A DNA stretch of 36,106 bases, from IMG/VR virus record IMGVR_UViG_3300025676_000003, positions 1 to 36,106 of that record. One strand, given 5' to 3'. The DNA comes from a virus. Taxonomy: Duplodnaviria > Caudoviricetes. Position numbers and translations under genes: made by a program. Below, in pieces: positions 9,564 through 20,000 of this stretch (positions are counted from its first letter, which is position 1; every line of letters starts with the position of its first letter). Below the pieces are notes generated by a model. That model did not search any database and was not told where the DNA came from. It worked only from the letters and a program-made list of their open reading frames with translations.

Positions 9564-9574
9564 TTTAAATTAAT

Positions 9575-10072
9575 TTAATTATTAGTTATTGCGTTTAATA
9601 CCCTATTGTAAGTAGTGTTTCTATTTGCGTTTGGAGCAAACCTAGCACCAATTTTCTCACTTACTTTGTTTTCTGGTGAATGACTGATTGCTTCAGCAGG
9701 TTCATCAGTAGATAGTTCTTGTGGAACTTCTTCTTGAGTCTCTTCTTTAGCTTCTATCATACCTCTTAATTTTTCTACCATAGCTTTAAGTTCTGAAACT
9801 TCGTCTTTAGTAGCATATTCTACAGCAGGAGCTTCTTCTACGATGTCTTCTTCGTAAACATCCTCTTGTAGTTCGTCAGCTGATTCTTCTGCAGAGTAAG
9901 ATACTTGTCTAACTTCTGCTTTAGGATCTTCCTCTTTAATCTCCGCTTTAGCTTCTTTCTTTTTAGCTTTAGGAGCTTCTTCTTTTAATTCAACCTCAGG
10001 AGTAGTTACTTCTTCTGAATTAGTTGATAAAAGAACATCTTTGATTTTTGTTACAATTTCACTTGCTTTCAT
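9575..10072 (-). CDS. Capsid scaffolding protein
   Basis: Highly acidic, coiled-coil-like, immediately upstream of the capsid gene. Confidence 0.7.
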   Translation of the reverse strand: MKASEIVTKIKDVLLSTNSEEVTTPEVELKEEAPKAKKKEAKAEIKEEDPKAEVRQVSYSAEESADELQEDVYEEDIVEEAPAVEYATKDEVSELKAMVEKLRGMIEAKEETQEEVPQELSTDEPAEAISHSPENKVSEKIGARFAPNANRNTTYNRVLNAITNN

Positions 10073-10090
10073 AAGATACTTTTATTTATA

Positions 10091-10117
10091 GTTATTACTG
10101 ATTTTAAATACTTTGTT
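10091..10117 (-). promoter_or_regulatory. Candidate late promoter variant AAC-N16-GTAATAAC upstream of scaffold/capsid
   Basis: Same spacing as the other copies; variant -10 element. Confidence 0.45.
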
Positions 10118-10123
10118 GTATTT

Positions 10124-10264
10124 TCAAACTTTACCAACTCCTTGAGCTTGGAGTGTTCCATCACAACATTTTGTAGAATAAGTTCTGCCATCAGGACATA
10201 AACATCCTCTTGATGAACTCTTTGGTGAAGAGTAACTTACTGTTGCTTTTTTATTTCTTTTCAT
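10124..10264 (-). CDS. 46-aa basic Cys-rich protein (RGCLCPDGRTYSTKCCDGTLQAQGVGKV)
   Basis: Hand translation; fills the gap between protease and scaffold. Confidence 0.7.
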   Translation of the reverse strand: MKRNKKATVSYSSPKSSSRGCLCPDGRTYSTKCCDGTLQAQGVGKV

Positions 10265-10270
10265 CAATTA

Positions 10271-10885
10271 TTAGCTTGTTATGGATTTTAAAATGTCCTC
10301 TAATACTTTAACAGCTTTTAATTCTTCTGCGTTTAATGATACATCTTCTTCTATACTTTCTTTTGGTCTTTCAAGTCCATCAGCAAAATATCCTTCTATA
10401 GAAAATCCTTTTACTTCTCCCGCTTTTACTGCTTTCCACACATCATCATTTAATACTTTCATAGAAACCATCCAAGTTCCTTTAGGTAGGTCAAAACCAT
10501 AAGCTGATGCTTTGTCATTTTTAGGGTCGTCTATTAACCAAGATTCCACTACAGACATATCACTTAATTCAATTGAATGTTCAAGTGTGGAGTTTTGATG
10601 TTTACTTTTTATAAAGAATAATTCAGATGCTTTTCTAACTGTATCTTCGGAGAAATATATGTAGTAATCATCATCTTCTCCTTTTCTAAATATCTTTTTG
10701 TTAGGAATAAGAGCAGGACCCATAAGAATCCTTTTCTCTGCATCTACTTCAGCAAGTCTAATTTCTTTATGCTCTTTTAAAGCAATAAAGTCTTCTTCTA
10801 TTGCAGGGTTTTCAACGATAGAAATAGCTTCAATACCACTAATCTCATTTTCTTCGTCTATAATAAGTTCTATTATCTTTTCCAT
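10271..10885 (-). CDS. Prohead maturation protease (XkdF-like)
   Basis: AISIVENPAIEE.F..EKRILMGPALIP.K.I.R, STLEH, GTWMVSMKV, VK.GEVKGFSIEG motifs. Confidence 0.8.
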   Translation of the reverse strand: MEKIIELIIDEENEISGIEAISIVENPAIEEDFIALKEHKEIRLAEVDAEKRILMGPALIPNKKIFRKGEDDDYYIYFSEDTVRKASELFFIKSKHQNSTLEHSIELSDMSVVESWLIDDPKNDKASAYGFDLPKGTWMVSMKVLNDDVWKAVKAGEVKGFSIEGYFADGLERPKESIEEDVSLNAEELKAVKVLEDILKSITS

Positions 10886-10888
10886 ATT

Positions 10889-10916
10889 TAAATAACCATA
10901 TTAAGTTTATTCTGTT
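10889..10916 (-). promoter_or_regulatory. Candidate late promoter AAC-N17-GTTATTTA, 3 nt before ATG
   Basis: Minus strand reads AAAACAGAATAAACTTAATATGGTTATTTAAATATG. Confidence 0.6.
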
Positions 10917-10919
10917 TTA

Positions 10920-13130
10920 TTATCCAATAGAAGCTCCCTCTATTGTACTACGTTCAAGTTCTTGTGCTGTTGACACATCAGATGCTACAACATAAGCTCT
11001 TAATGGTTTCTCTTCTGATCCTGCAATTGTTTGAGCTAATTGACTTTCCTGTGTAGCACCTACCACATTAAATGCTGGTGCTTGTATTGGTGCAGAGCCT
11101 CCTCCTGAACCTCCTGAATTAACACCTGCCAAAGGACCAGATAGTGCTTTTATTTGTTGATTAGCTTTTTTACGAGCAGAAGAAATTTGTGCTAATACAC
11201 CTCCTATCATAGCACCAAAAGCTATCGGACCTGCAATAGGACCTAAATCCTGTAAAAACTTACCTATAGAAGTTGTTGCATCAACTGTTGATTTAGCCGC
11301 AGAAGCACCTATATTAAATATAGCACTATTTGCAGCCATTGTTAATTTTGCAATTTCCATTGCGGCTTCTATTTGAAACATATCTCTTTGAAACTTAATC
11401 TGTTGAATTTTTACTGCTCTGGATTTCTTGTCATTTTCTTTTAAAAGCCTGTCTTTCTCACTTGCAGTTAAATTATCATTATTTAAAATAATATCTCTTT
11501 CGCTGTTAAGTCTTGTAATTGTACCTTGAAAAGCTTGACTTTGTATTGATGCTAACTTTTTAACTTGAGTCATTAACATTTGTGCAAGTTTTTCCTCTGC
11601 TTTCTTTCTGTCCTCTGTCCTTTTTATTTCCTTTTCAAACATTCTCTGCTTGAGATCATCTTTTTCTTTTTCAGCAATAGCGTTTTTAATGCTTTCGTCA
11701 TTCATCATATCATCTGTAACCTTCTTTGCACTGTCCTTCATATCCTGAAGCTGCTCCTTAAAAGTTTTAATACCAGTACCATCAAATATTCTGTCTTGTA
11801 TCTTTTTTAACATCAAAACAATTTCTTCATTTGTTTTGCCTACACGACCTGCCCAACCTTCACCAAAAACAAAATTAGCAACTTTATCTCTTTTGTCACC
11901 TTTAGGATCATCATCATCTACAACAGTATCAATTTGTTTTTGTATGTCATCTAATAAGTCCAATACTAAAGCAGCAGCTTCATCAGTGTCTTTTATTATT
12001 GTATTTAATACTTGTTTTCCTTCTTCTTCAGAAGAGCCAAAAATTGCAGCACGTATACCTATATATGGATTTTCATACACATCTTGATTACTTTCAGCTG
12101 AAAAATTGTCTATCGCAGCTCTATATCTCAGAAGAAAAGAGTCATTATCTTTAACAAACTTTTCAAAAGCTTTTGCTCTTTCTTCGTCATCTTCTATTTC
12201 ACCTATTTGTCTTAATTTAGCTTTTTTAAAGAATACGTCTGCGTTAGCATCTATAAGAGCATCTCTTTCAGCTCTTAGTTTTTGTTGTGTTATATATTTT
12301 TCTATAGCTAAAGATGTAGATTCAATAGACTCTTTATTACGAATTTCTTCAGCCGTTAAATTTGGTAAAACACTTGCAAGTTCAACAGCGGCAGCTATTT
12401 GTGCATCCCTACTTGCAGTATTGTCATTTATAACCGTGTTAAGAAGCATAAGCTTAACTCCTTCAGCATCAAGAGTTTTATTGGTTTCCTCTATTTCCTC
12501 CCTTAATTGTTTTAATTTACCAGCAGCTGTGTTTGTTCCTTTTATAAAATCTGTTATTTCATCTCTGTAAAGCGTTATTAAGGAAATAAGTATTTGAAAC
12601 CCTAAAATTAAAGCTCCCCCAGATTTAAGTTGTTTTATAAGAATATCAAAAGAAGCTCTTGCACTTCCTGTTTTTCTCGACAATGTTCCAAGCTGGCTAC
12701 CAAGTTGAGATATGTTGTTCGTCATACCTATAATTCCAAAAGGAGCATCTGAAATTAATCTACCAAATTCAACAATAGAGTTAGAAGCTAAACCTTGATT
12801 GCTAATAAACTGTGCATTAACTTGAACATCTTTATTTCTTGCTTCAGTTAGCTTTCTTAATTTATCTTCTACTTTAGTTATAGCAACAGTAGCTTTTTGG
12901 TATGCAGGAATGGTATTTGCATTAGCAGCACGATCTGCTTTTAATGCTCTTATTTCTGCTAAAAGAGCAGCTTCCGTACCTTTAAGAGCTTTGGTTTTTT
13001 CTTCTGTTACTTTAATCCCTGCTTTTTGTGATTTGTTTACATCATCTAAAGCTTTTTGTAGTTTTTTTAAGTTTACAGTACCATCATCCTGCAGCTCTAC
13101 CTGTATAATTATTTTTTTGTTATCTGCCAT
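10920..13130 (-). CDS. Tail tape measure protein
   Basis: 736 aa, helical, with GRLISDAPFGIIGMTNNISQL, hydrophobic segments and a C-terminal PAFNVVG..QLAQTI..PLRAYVVASDVSTAQ.L.R motif. Confidence 0.8.
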   Translation of the reverse strand: MADNKKIIIQVELQDDGTVNLKKLQKALDDVNKSQKAGIKVTEEKTKALKGTEAALLAEIRALKADRAANANTIPAYQKATVAITKVEDKLRKLTEARNKDVQVNAQFISNQGLASNSIVEFGRLISDAPFGIIGMTNNISQLGSQLGTLSRKTGSARASFDILIKQLKSGGALILGFQILISLITLYRDEITDFIKGTNTAAGKLKQLREEIEETNKTLDAEGVKLMLLNTVINDNTASRDAQIAAAVELASVLPNLTAEEIRNKESIESTSLAIEKYITQQKLRAERDALIDANADVFFKKAKLRQIGEIEDDEERAKAFEKFVKDNDSFLLRYRAAIDNFSAESNQDVYENPYIGIRAAIFGSSEEEGKQVLNTIIKDTDEAAALVLDLLDDIQKQIDTVVDDDDPKGDKRDKVANFVFGEGWAGRVGKTNEEIVLMLKKIQDRIFDGTGIKTFKEQLQDMKDSAKKVTDDMMNDESIKNAIAEKEKDDLKQRMFEKEIKRTEDRKKAEEKLAQMLMTQVKKLASIQSQAFQGTITRLNSERDIILNNDNLTASEKDRLLKENDKKSRAVKIQQIKFQRDMFQIEAAMEIAKLTMAANSAIFNIGASAAKSTVDATTSIGKFLQDLGPIAGPIAFGAMIGGVLAQISSARKKANQQIKALSGPLAGVNSGGSGGGSAPIQAPAFNVVGATQESQLAQTIAGSEEKPLRAYVVASDVSTAQELERSTIEGASIG

Positions 13131-13266
13131 AATACTCTCTAATTATATGATCTTTTAAATCATTCCAGTTTTCTTTTGCTTTGTACTTGCCTTTAGCAAT
13201 ATCTATATAAGGATTAACTCCATAAAAGTTATCTGTCTTTAATAGTTCTATTATTAATTTAATCAT
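13120..13266 (-). CDS. 48-aa hypothetical protein (MIKLIIELLKTDNFYGVNPYIDIAKGKYK...)
   Basis: TAATG coupling with the upstream gene and an 11-nt overlap with the TMP start. Confidence 0.7.
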   Translation of the reverse strand: MIKLIIELLKTDNFYGVNPYIDIAKGKYKAKENWNDLKDHIIREYYGR

Positions 13267-15959
13267 TAGTCATCTGTTTGATCTGCTGTTATTAATGCAC
13301 TGTCTACTGTTATATCTGTTGTATCTACTGTTAATGTTCCTGTTACAGGAGGTGGAGTTGGTGCTACGCCACAATCTACATTATAAGTTAAATTATTTTC
13401 ACCACCCATATATCCGTGATTATAACATTCATAGCTAATAGTTCCAAAGTCATCATTTACTGTTACAGTTATATCTCCAGCATAATATGTATATGTATTT
13501 CCATCTAATCCAGTTTTGGTTCCTCCATTAACTGTTCCTGTATAACTAATTAATGATTCTTTACCGTTGTTATGAAAAGCTATTGGATGGGTTGCAGGTA
13601 CATTACTCAAAGTATAAGTTCCTGTAGCCATCTGATAAACACCATATTTATTGTCAAATATATATAAGTAACCACCAGTAACAGATTCTACTCTTACCTC
13701 AAATAAAGACGGAAGACATAAGAAATTCTTTACTGCATATGTTGAGATAAGCTCTAAATCAGCTTTACCTGTTACTATATCTAAATTTATTTTATTTATA
13801 TTGTATTTTTCTCCAGAAACAACAATGGTGTCTGCAAGAGAAAAGTTTGTTATAAAAGCATTTGTAAGTACAGCTTTTAATTTAGTTAGCCTATTAAACT
13901 TATTAAATACAGATAATATATAGTTTTCATAGTATTGTGAATATAAGTTTTCACCATAACTTTGAGATCCATTAACATTAGCATTGTATTCATTTCTTTC
14001 TGCTCCAAAATGATTGGTTTGTGATGTATTTATATCTACAGCATTACTTGGTATAAAATAAGATGATGTAAATAATGCAGCTGTTCTATCATTGTATGTG
14101 TATGGAATTGTTTCACCTGAAACAAGTATAGGGTAAAACAATACTGGCTTTCCTATATATGGATTGTATTTTTCTTGTGTTCCTGCAGTGTCATCTTCAT
14201 TAGATTTTGTTACACTAAAACCAACCTGTATGTCTGTCCAAGCCGTTCCTGTATTATCATACAGTCTTTCATATTTCATATGACCAAAAGATGGTTTTAT
14301 GACATATTCCTTATTGTATCTGCTGTCTCCTTTTATGTCTTCAGACTCACCACCCCAAGTTATATTGTTAACTTCTTTATGTTGTTTTGCAAGTAAAGAA
14401 TCTGTGTCTTCATATTCAAATGTAATTTTTGTATAAGGTAAAGCTTTATTTACTGTACTTGACTCAACATTAATTTTACTTGTTAAATCTGTTTCTGCTG
14501 TTGATGATACATAAAAATCATCAAGAGTTTTAACTACAATAGTTTTTTCTGTTGGAGAATCATTTCTTACCTCTGCAACAAGATTAAACATTTTAAATAA
14601 ACCAGACAGAAAATCAAGAATTGTAATGTCAGGCAAATTTTCGTGAGTATAAAATATTTGGTTACTGTTTGCAATTAAATTAGATGCTGTTCTAATAATA
14701 TCTGGAACGCTAACACCGTCATAATCTCTATCAACTCTAGCTATAAGCCTTAATTCAAATCCAGAGTTAAAGTCTATTGGTGATCCAGAATCTGTTATAA
14801 CTGTAAATGTATATGTCCCCTCATCTAAATCTACTTCTAAATAATCTGTTGTTCCTGTTTGTACCTCTTGTGTAAATTCATAATATAAAGACCCATTTCG
14901 TTCTACCCTTACATCATATTTAGTTGTAGTGTCTGAGCTTACTAAACTAAGTCTAGCTAAGATTGATTCTATACGACCACCTTCTATTTCTATTTTTACA
15001 GTATCTGCAGAAGTTCCACTCGATATTCCTGATGAATTTGTAAAGTTTGCTGAAAATCCTACTGCACCCGTATCTGCATAAAGGCTCAATGGTTTTCCAA
15101 CACTAAATGTGTTTATTAGTGTGGTTACTTTTCCTACCGTTTCTTCACTTACAATTTTACCTTCTTTTTGATGAAGCCACATATATAGATTATAATAATC
15201 TAAATTACTTGAGTTAAAGAAGTCTGTAGAAAAACTCACTGTAGTTTCACCTAAAGACAACCATTTTTCTATAGCTTTTATTATAACATCAATTCTAATG
15301 GCTGGTTTTAATTGATCCCAAGCTACTCCATTTCTTTTGCTGTTTAATGGGTAATCTGCAACATCATAATATAAATTACCGTCTTCTAAGTTACCGTAGT
15401 AATCAGTTCCGCTGTTTGTGTATAATCTATCTGTATGTGTTATTAAAGGAACAACTAAAGGCTGAACGTGTGTTGTTCCAAACTCATCTGTAATGTTTTT
15501 TGAGCTTTCTAAGTATTCTTTCACACTATCAGTTCCTGTAGCTTCATAATTCATATAGAAGTTTTTAAGGAACACTAGTTCACTTAATTTAGTGCTATCA
15601 AGTTTCTCTCTAAGAAATCTTAAGTTACCATAAAATGTTACTCTATATGAATAAGGCTTATTGTATTTAAGATCTACACCTTCAAGCATAATATATCCTT
15701 CCCTAAAAACTCTATTGTTTATTTCTATTCTAGCCTCTTTTGCAACTGCAGCATTAAAACCATCTATAGCAAAATTGTAATAATGTTTAAATAATATATT
15801 GTTTCTATCTGATGAAGGTAAAGTAAAGTTTTTACTAAAGTCTGTAAATATTTTACCAGGATCTTTTACGTCTTTTATAGATGACTGTATTGTAATAGAA
15901 CCATCCTGAAAAACATCTACTTCTTCATTATTTATAAAAAGCTGTACTTTTTGTTTCAT
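13266..15959 (-). CDS. Baseplate hub/Tal-like tail protein with C-terminal cupredoxin-like domain
   Basis: N-terminus LFINNEEVDVF.D.SI.I.SSIKDVKD..KIFTDFSKNFTLPSS.RNN.LFKHYYN and LPDITILDFLSGLFKMFNL are typical of Bacteroidota siphovirus hub proteins. Confidence 0.7.
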   Translation of the reverse strand: MKQKVQLFINNEEVDVFQDGSITIQSSIKDVKDPGKIFTDFSKNFTLPSSDRNNILFKHYYNFAIDGFNAAVAKEARIEINNRVFREGYIMLEGVDLKYNKPYSYRVTFYGNLRFLREKLDSTKLSELVFLKNFYMNYEATGTDSVKEYLESSKNITDEFGTTHVQPLVVPLITHTDRLYTNSGTDYYGNLEDGNLYYDVADYPLNSKRNGVAWDQLKPAIRIDVIIKAIEKWLSLGETTVSFSTDFFNSSNLDYYNLYMWLHQKEGKIVSEETVGKVTTLINTFSVGKPLSLYADTGAVGFSANFTNSSGISSGTSADTVKIEIEGGRIESILARLSLVSSDTTTKYDVRVERNGSLYYEFTQEVQTGTTDYLEVDLDEGTYTFTVITDSGSPIDFNSGFELRLIARVDRDYDGVSVPDIIRTASNLIANSNQIFYTHENLPDITILDFLSGLFKMFNLVAEVRNDSPTEKTIVVKTLDDFYVSSTAETDLTSKINVESSTVNKALPYTKITFEYEDTDSLLAKQHKEVNNITWGGESEDIKGDSRYNKEYVIKPSFGHMKYERLYDNTGTAWTDIQVGFSVTKSNEDDTAGTQEKYNPYIGKPVLFYPILVSGETIPYTYNDRTAALFTSSYFIPSNAVDINTSQTNHFGAERNEYNANVNGSQSYGENLYSQYYENYILSVFNKFNRLTKLKAVLTNAFITNFSLADTIVVSGEKYNINKINLDIVTGKADLELISTYAVKNFLCLPSLFEVRVESVTGGYLYIFDNKYGVYQMATGTYTLSNVPATHPIAFHNNGKESLISYTGTVNGGTKTGLDGNTYTYYAGDITVTVNDDFGTISYECYNHGYMGGENNLTYNVDCGVAPTPPPVTGTLTVDTTDITVDSALITADQTDD

Positions 15960-17047
15960 TATCTAATTGTATTGATGCTGTTAAAAGCATACTCAAATTG
16001 AACAGTATAGTTTACAAGTTTGTCGTTTAGGTGTGTTTTATATGTAAACTCACTGTCTTTTACTTTTATAGGTAATGTTTTATTATTTTCTCTAACCCAG
16101 ATATTTTCTGATTGAAACAACTCTCTTATAGTTTCATTGTATTCTTCTTTCAGAAATCCAGAGTTTAATGTTAATGATTTTTTACTTGTTACATCTTGTA
16201 CAATTGATGTTGGATTATAAGTGTCATAACTTACGCCAGAAGAAGAAGATGTAATTGTGCTTGTGTCAAAGGTGTCTCTTTTGGTTTGTAATCCATCTGT
16301 TCTTTTTTTATTAAACCATAAATCTTGTATTACACCAAATTTATTTATAAACGATACTTTAAAGTTAGTGTATTTAGGTTCACAGGTATATATAGGATAA
16401 ACAGTTTCTACAGCTGTTCCTGTAGCAGTAGAATAAGAAGTAGATAATGTATTTACTGACTCTATTTCTATTTTACTTGCTTGTACGTTTGAAGAAACAT
16501 ACCTTATGTATGTATTAGAATCTTCTGATGTTGGTGTGTCTAATAATAAGTCAAATGACTTTGTTTCTGCAACTGATTCAACTCCTGAAGAATCTTTAGT
16601 AAAGAACCTGACAAACTTAACTCCTCCTGGACCAATATAAATAGGTATTTTTATATTTGAATTTTCAGGCAGATATATATATGTATTAGAAATCAGTTTA
16701 GAGGTAGATAGAGTTGAATTTAAACCATCTTCAAAATATGTATACCCTTTAGTTCCTATACCATAACCATAAAAATCTTGTGCATCTCTATCACTATATG
16801 TATTTCTTTTAATATAATAAAACCAACAAGTAGATTTTATATTTGAGATACCACTTGTGTTTATTGAATAATCATTATTAAAGACAACATCTATATAGTC
16901 TTGTATTAGTTCAGATATTTCAAATCTAATTAAATTGTTTGCGTCAGGATTTGTTTTTGTTATAACATATTGAGGTGCTGAAGGAACAGAACTCCATCTT
17001 CCAGTCCAACAATACAAATCCAGTTTAGAGCTTGCTAATACTGCCAT
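15959..17047 (-). CDS. Distal tail (Dit-like) protein
   Basis: CEPKY..FINKFGVIQDLWF.KKR, LTLNSGFL.EEYNE.IRELF.SE.IW and YKTHLNDKLVNYT.QFEYAFN.IN motifs; TAATG-coupled to the hub gene. Confidence 0.65.
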   Translation of the reverse strand: MAVLASSKLDLYCWTGRWSSVPSAPQYVITKTNPDANNLIRFEISELIQDYIDVVFNNDYSINTSGISNIKSTCWFYYIKRNTYSDRDAQDFYGYGIGTKGYTYFEDGLNSTLSTSKLISNTYIYLPENSNIKIPIYIGPGGVKFVRFFTKDSSGVESVAETKSFDLLLDTPTSEDSNTYIRYVSSNVQASKIEIESVNTLSTSYSTATGTAVETVYPIYTCEPKYTNFKVSFINKFGVIQDLWFNKKRTDGLQTKRDTFDTSTITSSSSGVSYDTYNPTSIVQDVTSKKSLTLNSGFLKEEYNETIRELFQSENIWVRENNKTLPIKVKDSEFTYKTHLNDKLVNYTVQFEYAFNSINTIR

Positions 17048-17061
17048 ATCATTTCTTTAAG

Positions 17062-17088
17062 TATATAACTAAAAAAAGGAATATAGTA
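17062..17088 (-). promoter_or_regulatory. Candidate late promoter TAC-N16-GTTATATA
   Basis: Lies in the 48-bp gap upstream of the Dit-like gene. Confidence 0.55.
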
Positions 17089-17095
17089 TTACAAC

Positions 17096-20000
17096 TTATA
17101 GTATATTACCACACTGCCCAAAGTTATATATTTCTCCACGTGCAACTCCAGTACCAGTTCCTATCTTAAAATAATAAGATCCTTCAGATAAATAAAAGTT
17201 AGAAGATGCAGGTGCATAGACTCTTGTTAAAGCAGAGTCTGAATATAACTGCGTTGAGTCTCCAAGTGTTCCTGTGTAATATAAAGTAGTAGGATAGCTT
17301 GTTTGGGTTATGTTATTACAAGCATCTGTTATAGTTGCAAATGCAGTACTGCTTATTTTAATTATATTAGTAGTAATTACATCTGGCTCATCTGGCGTTG
17401 GCGGAACATATCCACAAGCCGTACAATCAGAATATGTAACTAAATCAGTTATGTTAATGTTAGATGTTGTTGCTGTATTTCCACCATCACTGTAACATAC
17501 ATTGCTATATTCAACTACTGCTGCCCAATGTCCTGTAGCATCTAAATCTGTTGTACTTCCTATTACAACAAAGCCACCATTCCCGTCACAATTATTATAT
17601 TGCCTAAAATATGCAATAGGGTCAGGAGTAATTGTATCACCTTCTAAACAGGTTGTACAATCATTAAATTCAGCAAGAGCAGCTCCATAACTCTCAAATG
17701 TTCTGTCTTCGTTATTTGCTTCAGGTTGGTAATCATCATTAACCTTACTTCTACAGGTTTCTGTATTTGAGCTTGTTCTAAATACATTAGGAAGAGGTGA
17801 GGCTGATGAATAATAAATTATTGGCGCTCCGTCATTATTACATTGTCTGTAGCCACCATAATATCTATTTTCATCTTGTCCTGTTTCTACGACAACTTGA
17901 ATATCTCCAACACATTGTTCACAAGAACCATAAGGCTGTAATCTAACAAACTCATCACTTGAAAGTGTGTAGTCCCATTCAGCTAGAGTTACATATACTT
18001 GTGTTATTTCGTAACAACCGCTTGAATTTCCAGTTCCTGCAAAGTCAGTTAGTTGTACAATTTGACCAGCATCACGTGTAAATCCATCAAAAGCTACGTC
18101 AAATACTGTTCCTGCATTAGTTTGATTAGGACATTTTTGTATTGTTGCATATCCAGCAGTTGGTTGTGATGGCGTTGGGTCAGGAGTTTCTGTACATCCA
18201 CCAGTAACACATCCTTGAGGGTTACCACTTGCATCTATATATCTAATATTCTGATTTGTTCCATCATCAAAAGCATACCATCCAGTAGTTAATGCTGGTG
18301 ATGATAAACCTGCTGCATTAGAATAAAACTTACTTGCAACACAATAAGCTGTTTCTCCATCTCTATTTGTGTATAGTGTTACTGAAGAACCAGTACAAGC
18401 ATCATAATTAGGATTTGTCGTGTCTGCAGATGTAATAAATGTAGTTCCATAAGATGGTCTATTATCCCATTGAATTGCTTTATTTGTATCTGCATCAGTT
18501 GTTGCACTCACTAAACAGTTATAATAGAAAGTTCCTGTCGTTGTTTGTGTTTGAGTTCCAGTTCCGTTTATAATCAAAGTCTGTTGTGTTTCACCTGATA
18601 TAGCATTTCCTGGAATAGATGTAATATCATTATTGGTTGCACTTTTATACCATTGATAAGTTGGAGCTGTTATATTTTGAGTTAAAGCAGTTAGTGTTAC
18701 TTGTTGATCAACATAAGCAATTCCTTGATTGTTTCCGTCAGCAGTAGCCATATTTATTGTTACTTTAGCTGCTAATGTAATGGTTGTATCTGGAACATCG
18801 TCTGTTTGACATACTAAAACTTGAGAAACATATCCTGGAGGATAACTTAATACTTTAGCATAATGTTCTTGTGGATCACTGTTGTCATCAAATAATATTA
18901 ATTTATACCAATTGTCTGTTCCACCAAAAGGATTAGATAAACTATTGTCAGCAGCCTTTAATGTAAACAAAGAAGCACCTGCTGTTATTGAGTCATTATA
19001 ATATACATCAACATCTGCTGTTAAAGCACAAGCATTGGCTCCATTATTACCAGCTACGGTAACATAGTTAGATGAAACTACTGCATTATTTGGAACTGTA
19101 TTTGATTCTTCAACAGGTTCTGTCGTTCCTTCTGCAACACACTCAACATAATTACTAATTTCTCCATCATTGTTTAATCCAATCCTTCCATTATGATTAG
19201 TGCTTATTTTAAAATACTTTCCTCCACCAGAATAAGGTGTTTGTAATGCATCACTTTGATATAATGTTGTACCGTTACCAAATGTCTCTCCAGAAAACAA
19301 TCCATAATAAACTGTTTCTGCTGCTGTTGCCGCACAAGCTCCGTTTACATTATCAAAGTTAGATGATGATATTAAAACTGATTGTGGGTCTGCAGTTTCA
19401 GCTTGGTCAAATATGGTTACTGTTACAGATACAGCAAAATTATCTAAGGTTAATATGAATGTTTCACCAGATGTACTTTCGGAAGTGTTATCAGATAATA
19501 CTTCAAATGTCTGTGTAGCTTCGTTATCATTTCCACCTGAACCAAAAACAAAGGAACCAGTTAATGTTCCTCTTTGGAAGTCACTTCCACTTACTGTTCC
19601 TGTTATTGCAAATGGAACAGAAGTCCCGTTGCTAGTCGTGCTGTTTGCATCAATTAATTTAACTGTAAAAGTTTGACCTTCTGTAACTGATGCTTTATCT
19701 ACTGACAATCTATAATCAGAGTTTCTTGATACCGTTCCTGTTAATGTAGTTGTTTCTGATACATCAGCAGATGCAAATGTTCCTGTAACTGGTTGAGCAG
19801 GACTTATAGCTAAAGCTACGTCTGCTGTATATCCTGTGTTTAATGATAATGTTGTTGTAAAACTATATGAGTCTCCAGTTTCTCCTGTTTGTTTTGCGTT
19901 GTTTAAATTACCACCAATTGTATATCCTTGAGCATCTCCCGATATACTATTTGTTACAGTTAAAGTTGCTTCATATTGTGGGTTAGCTGACCAAGTTACT

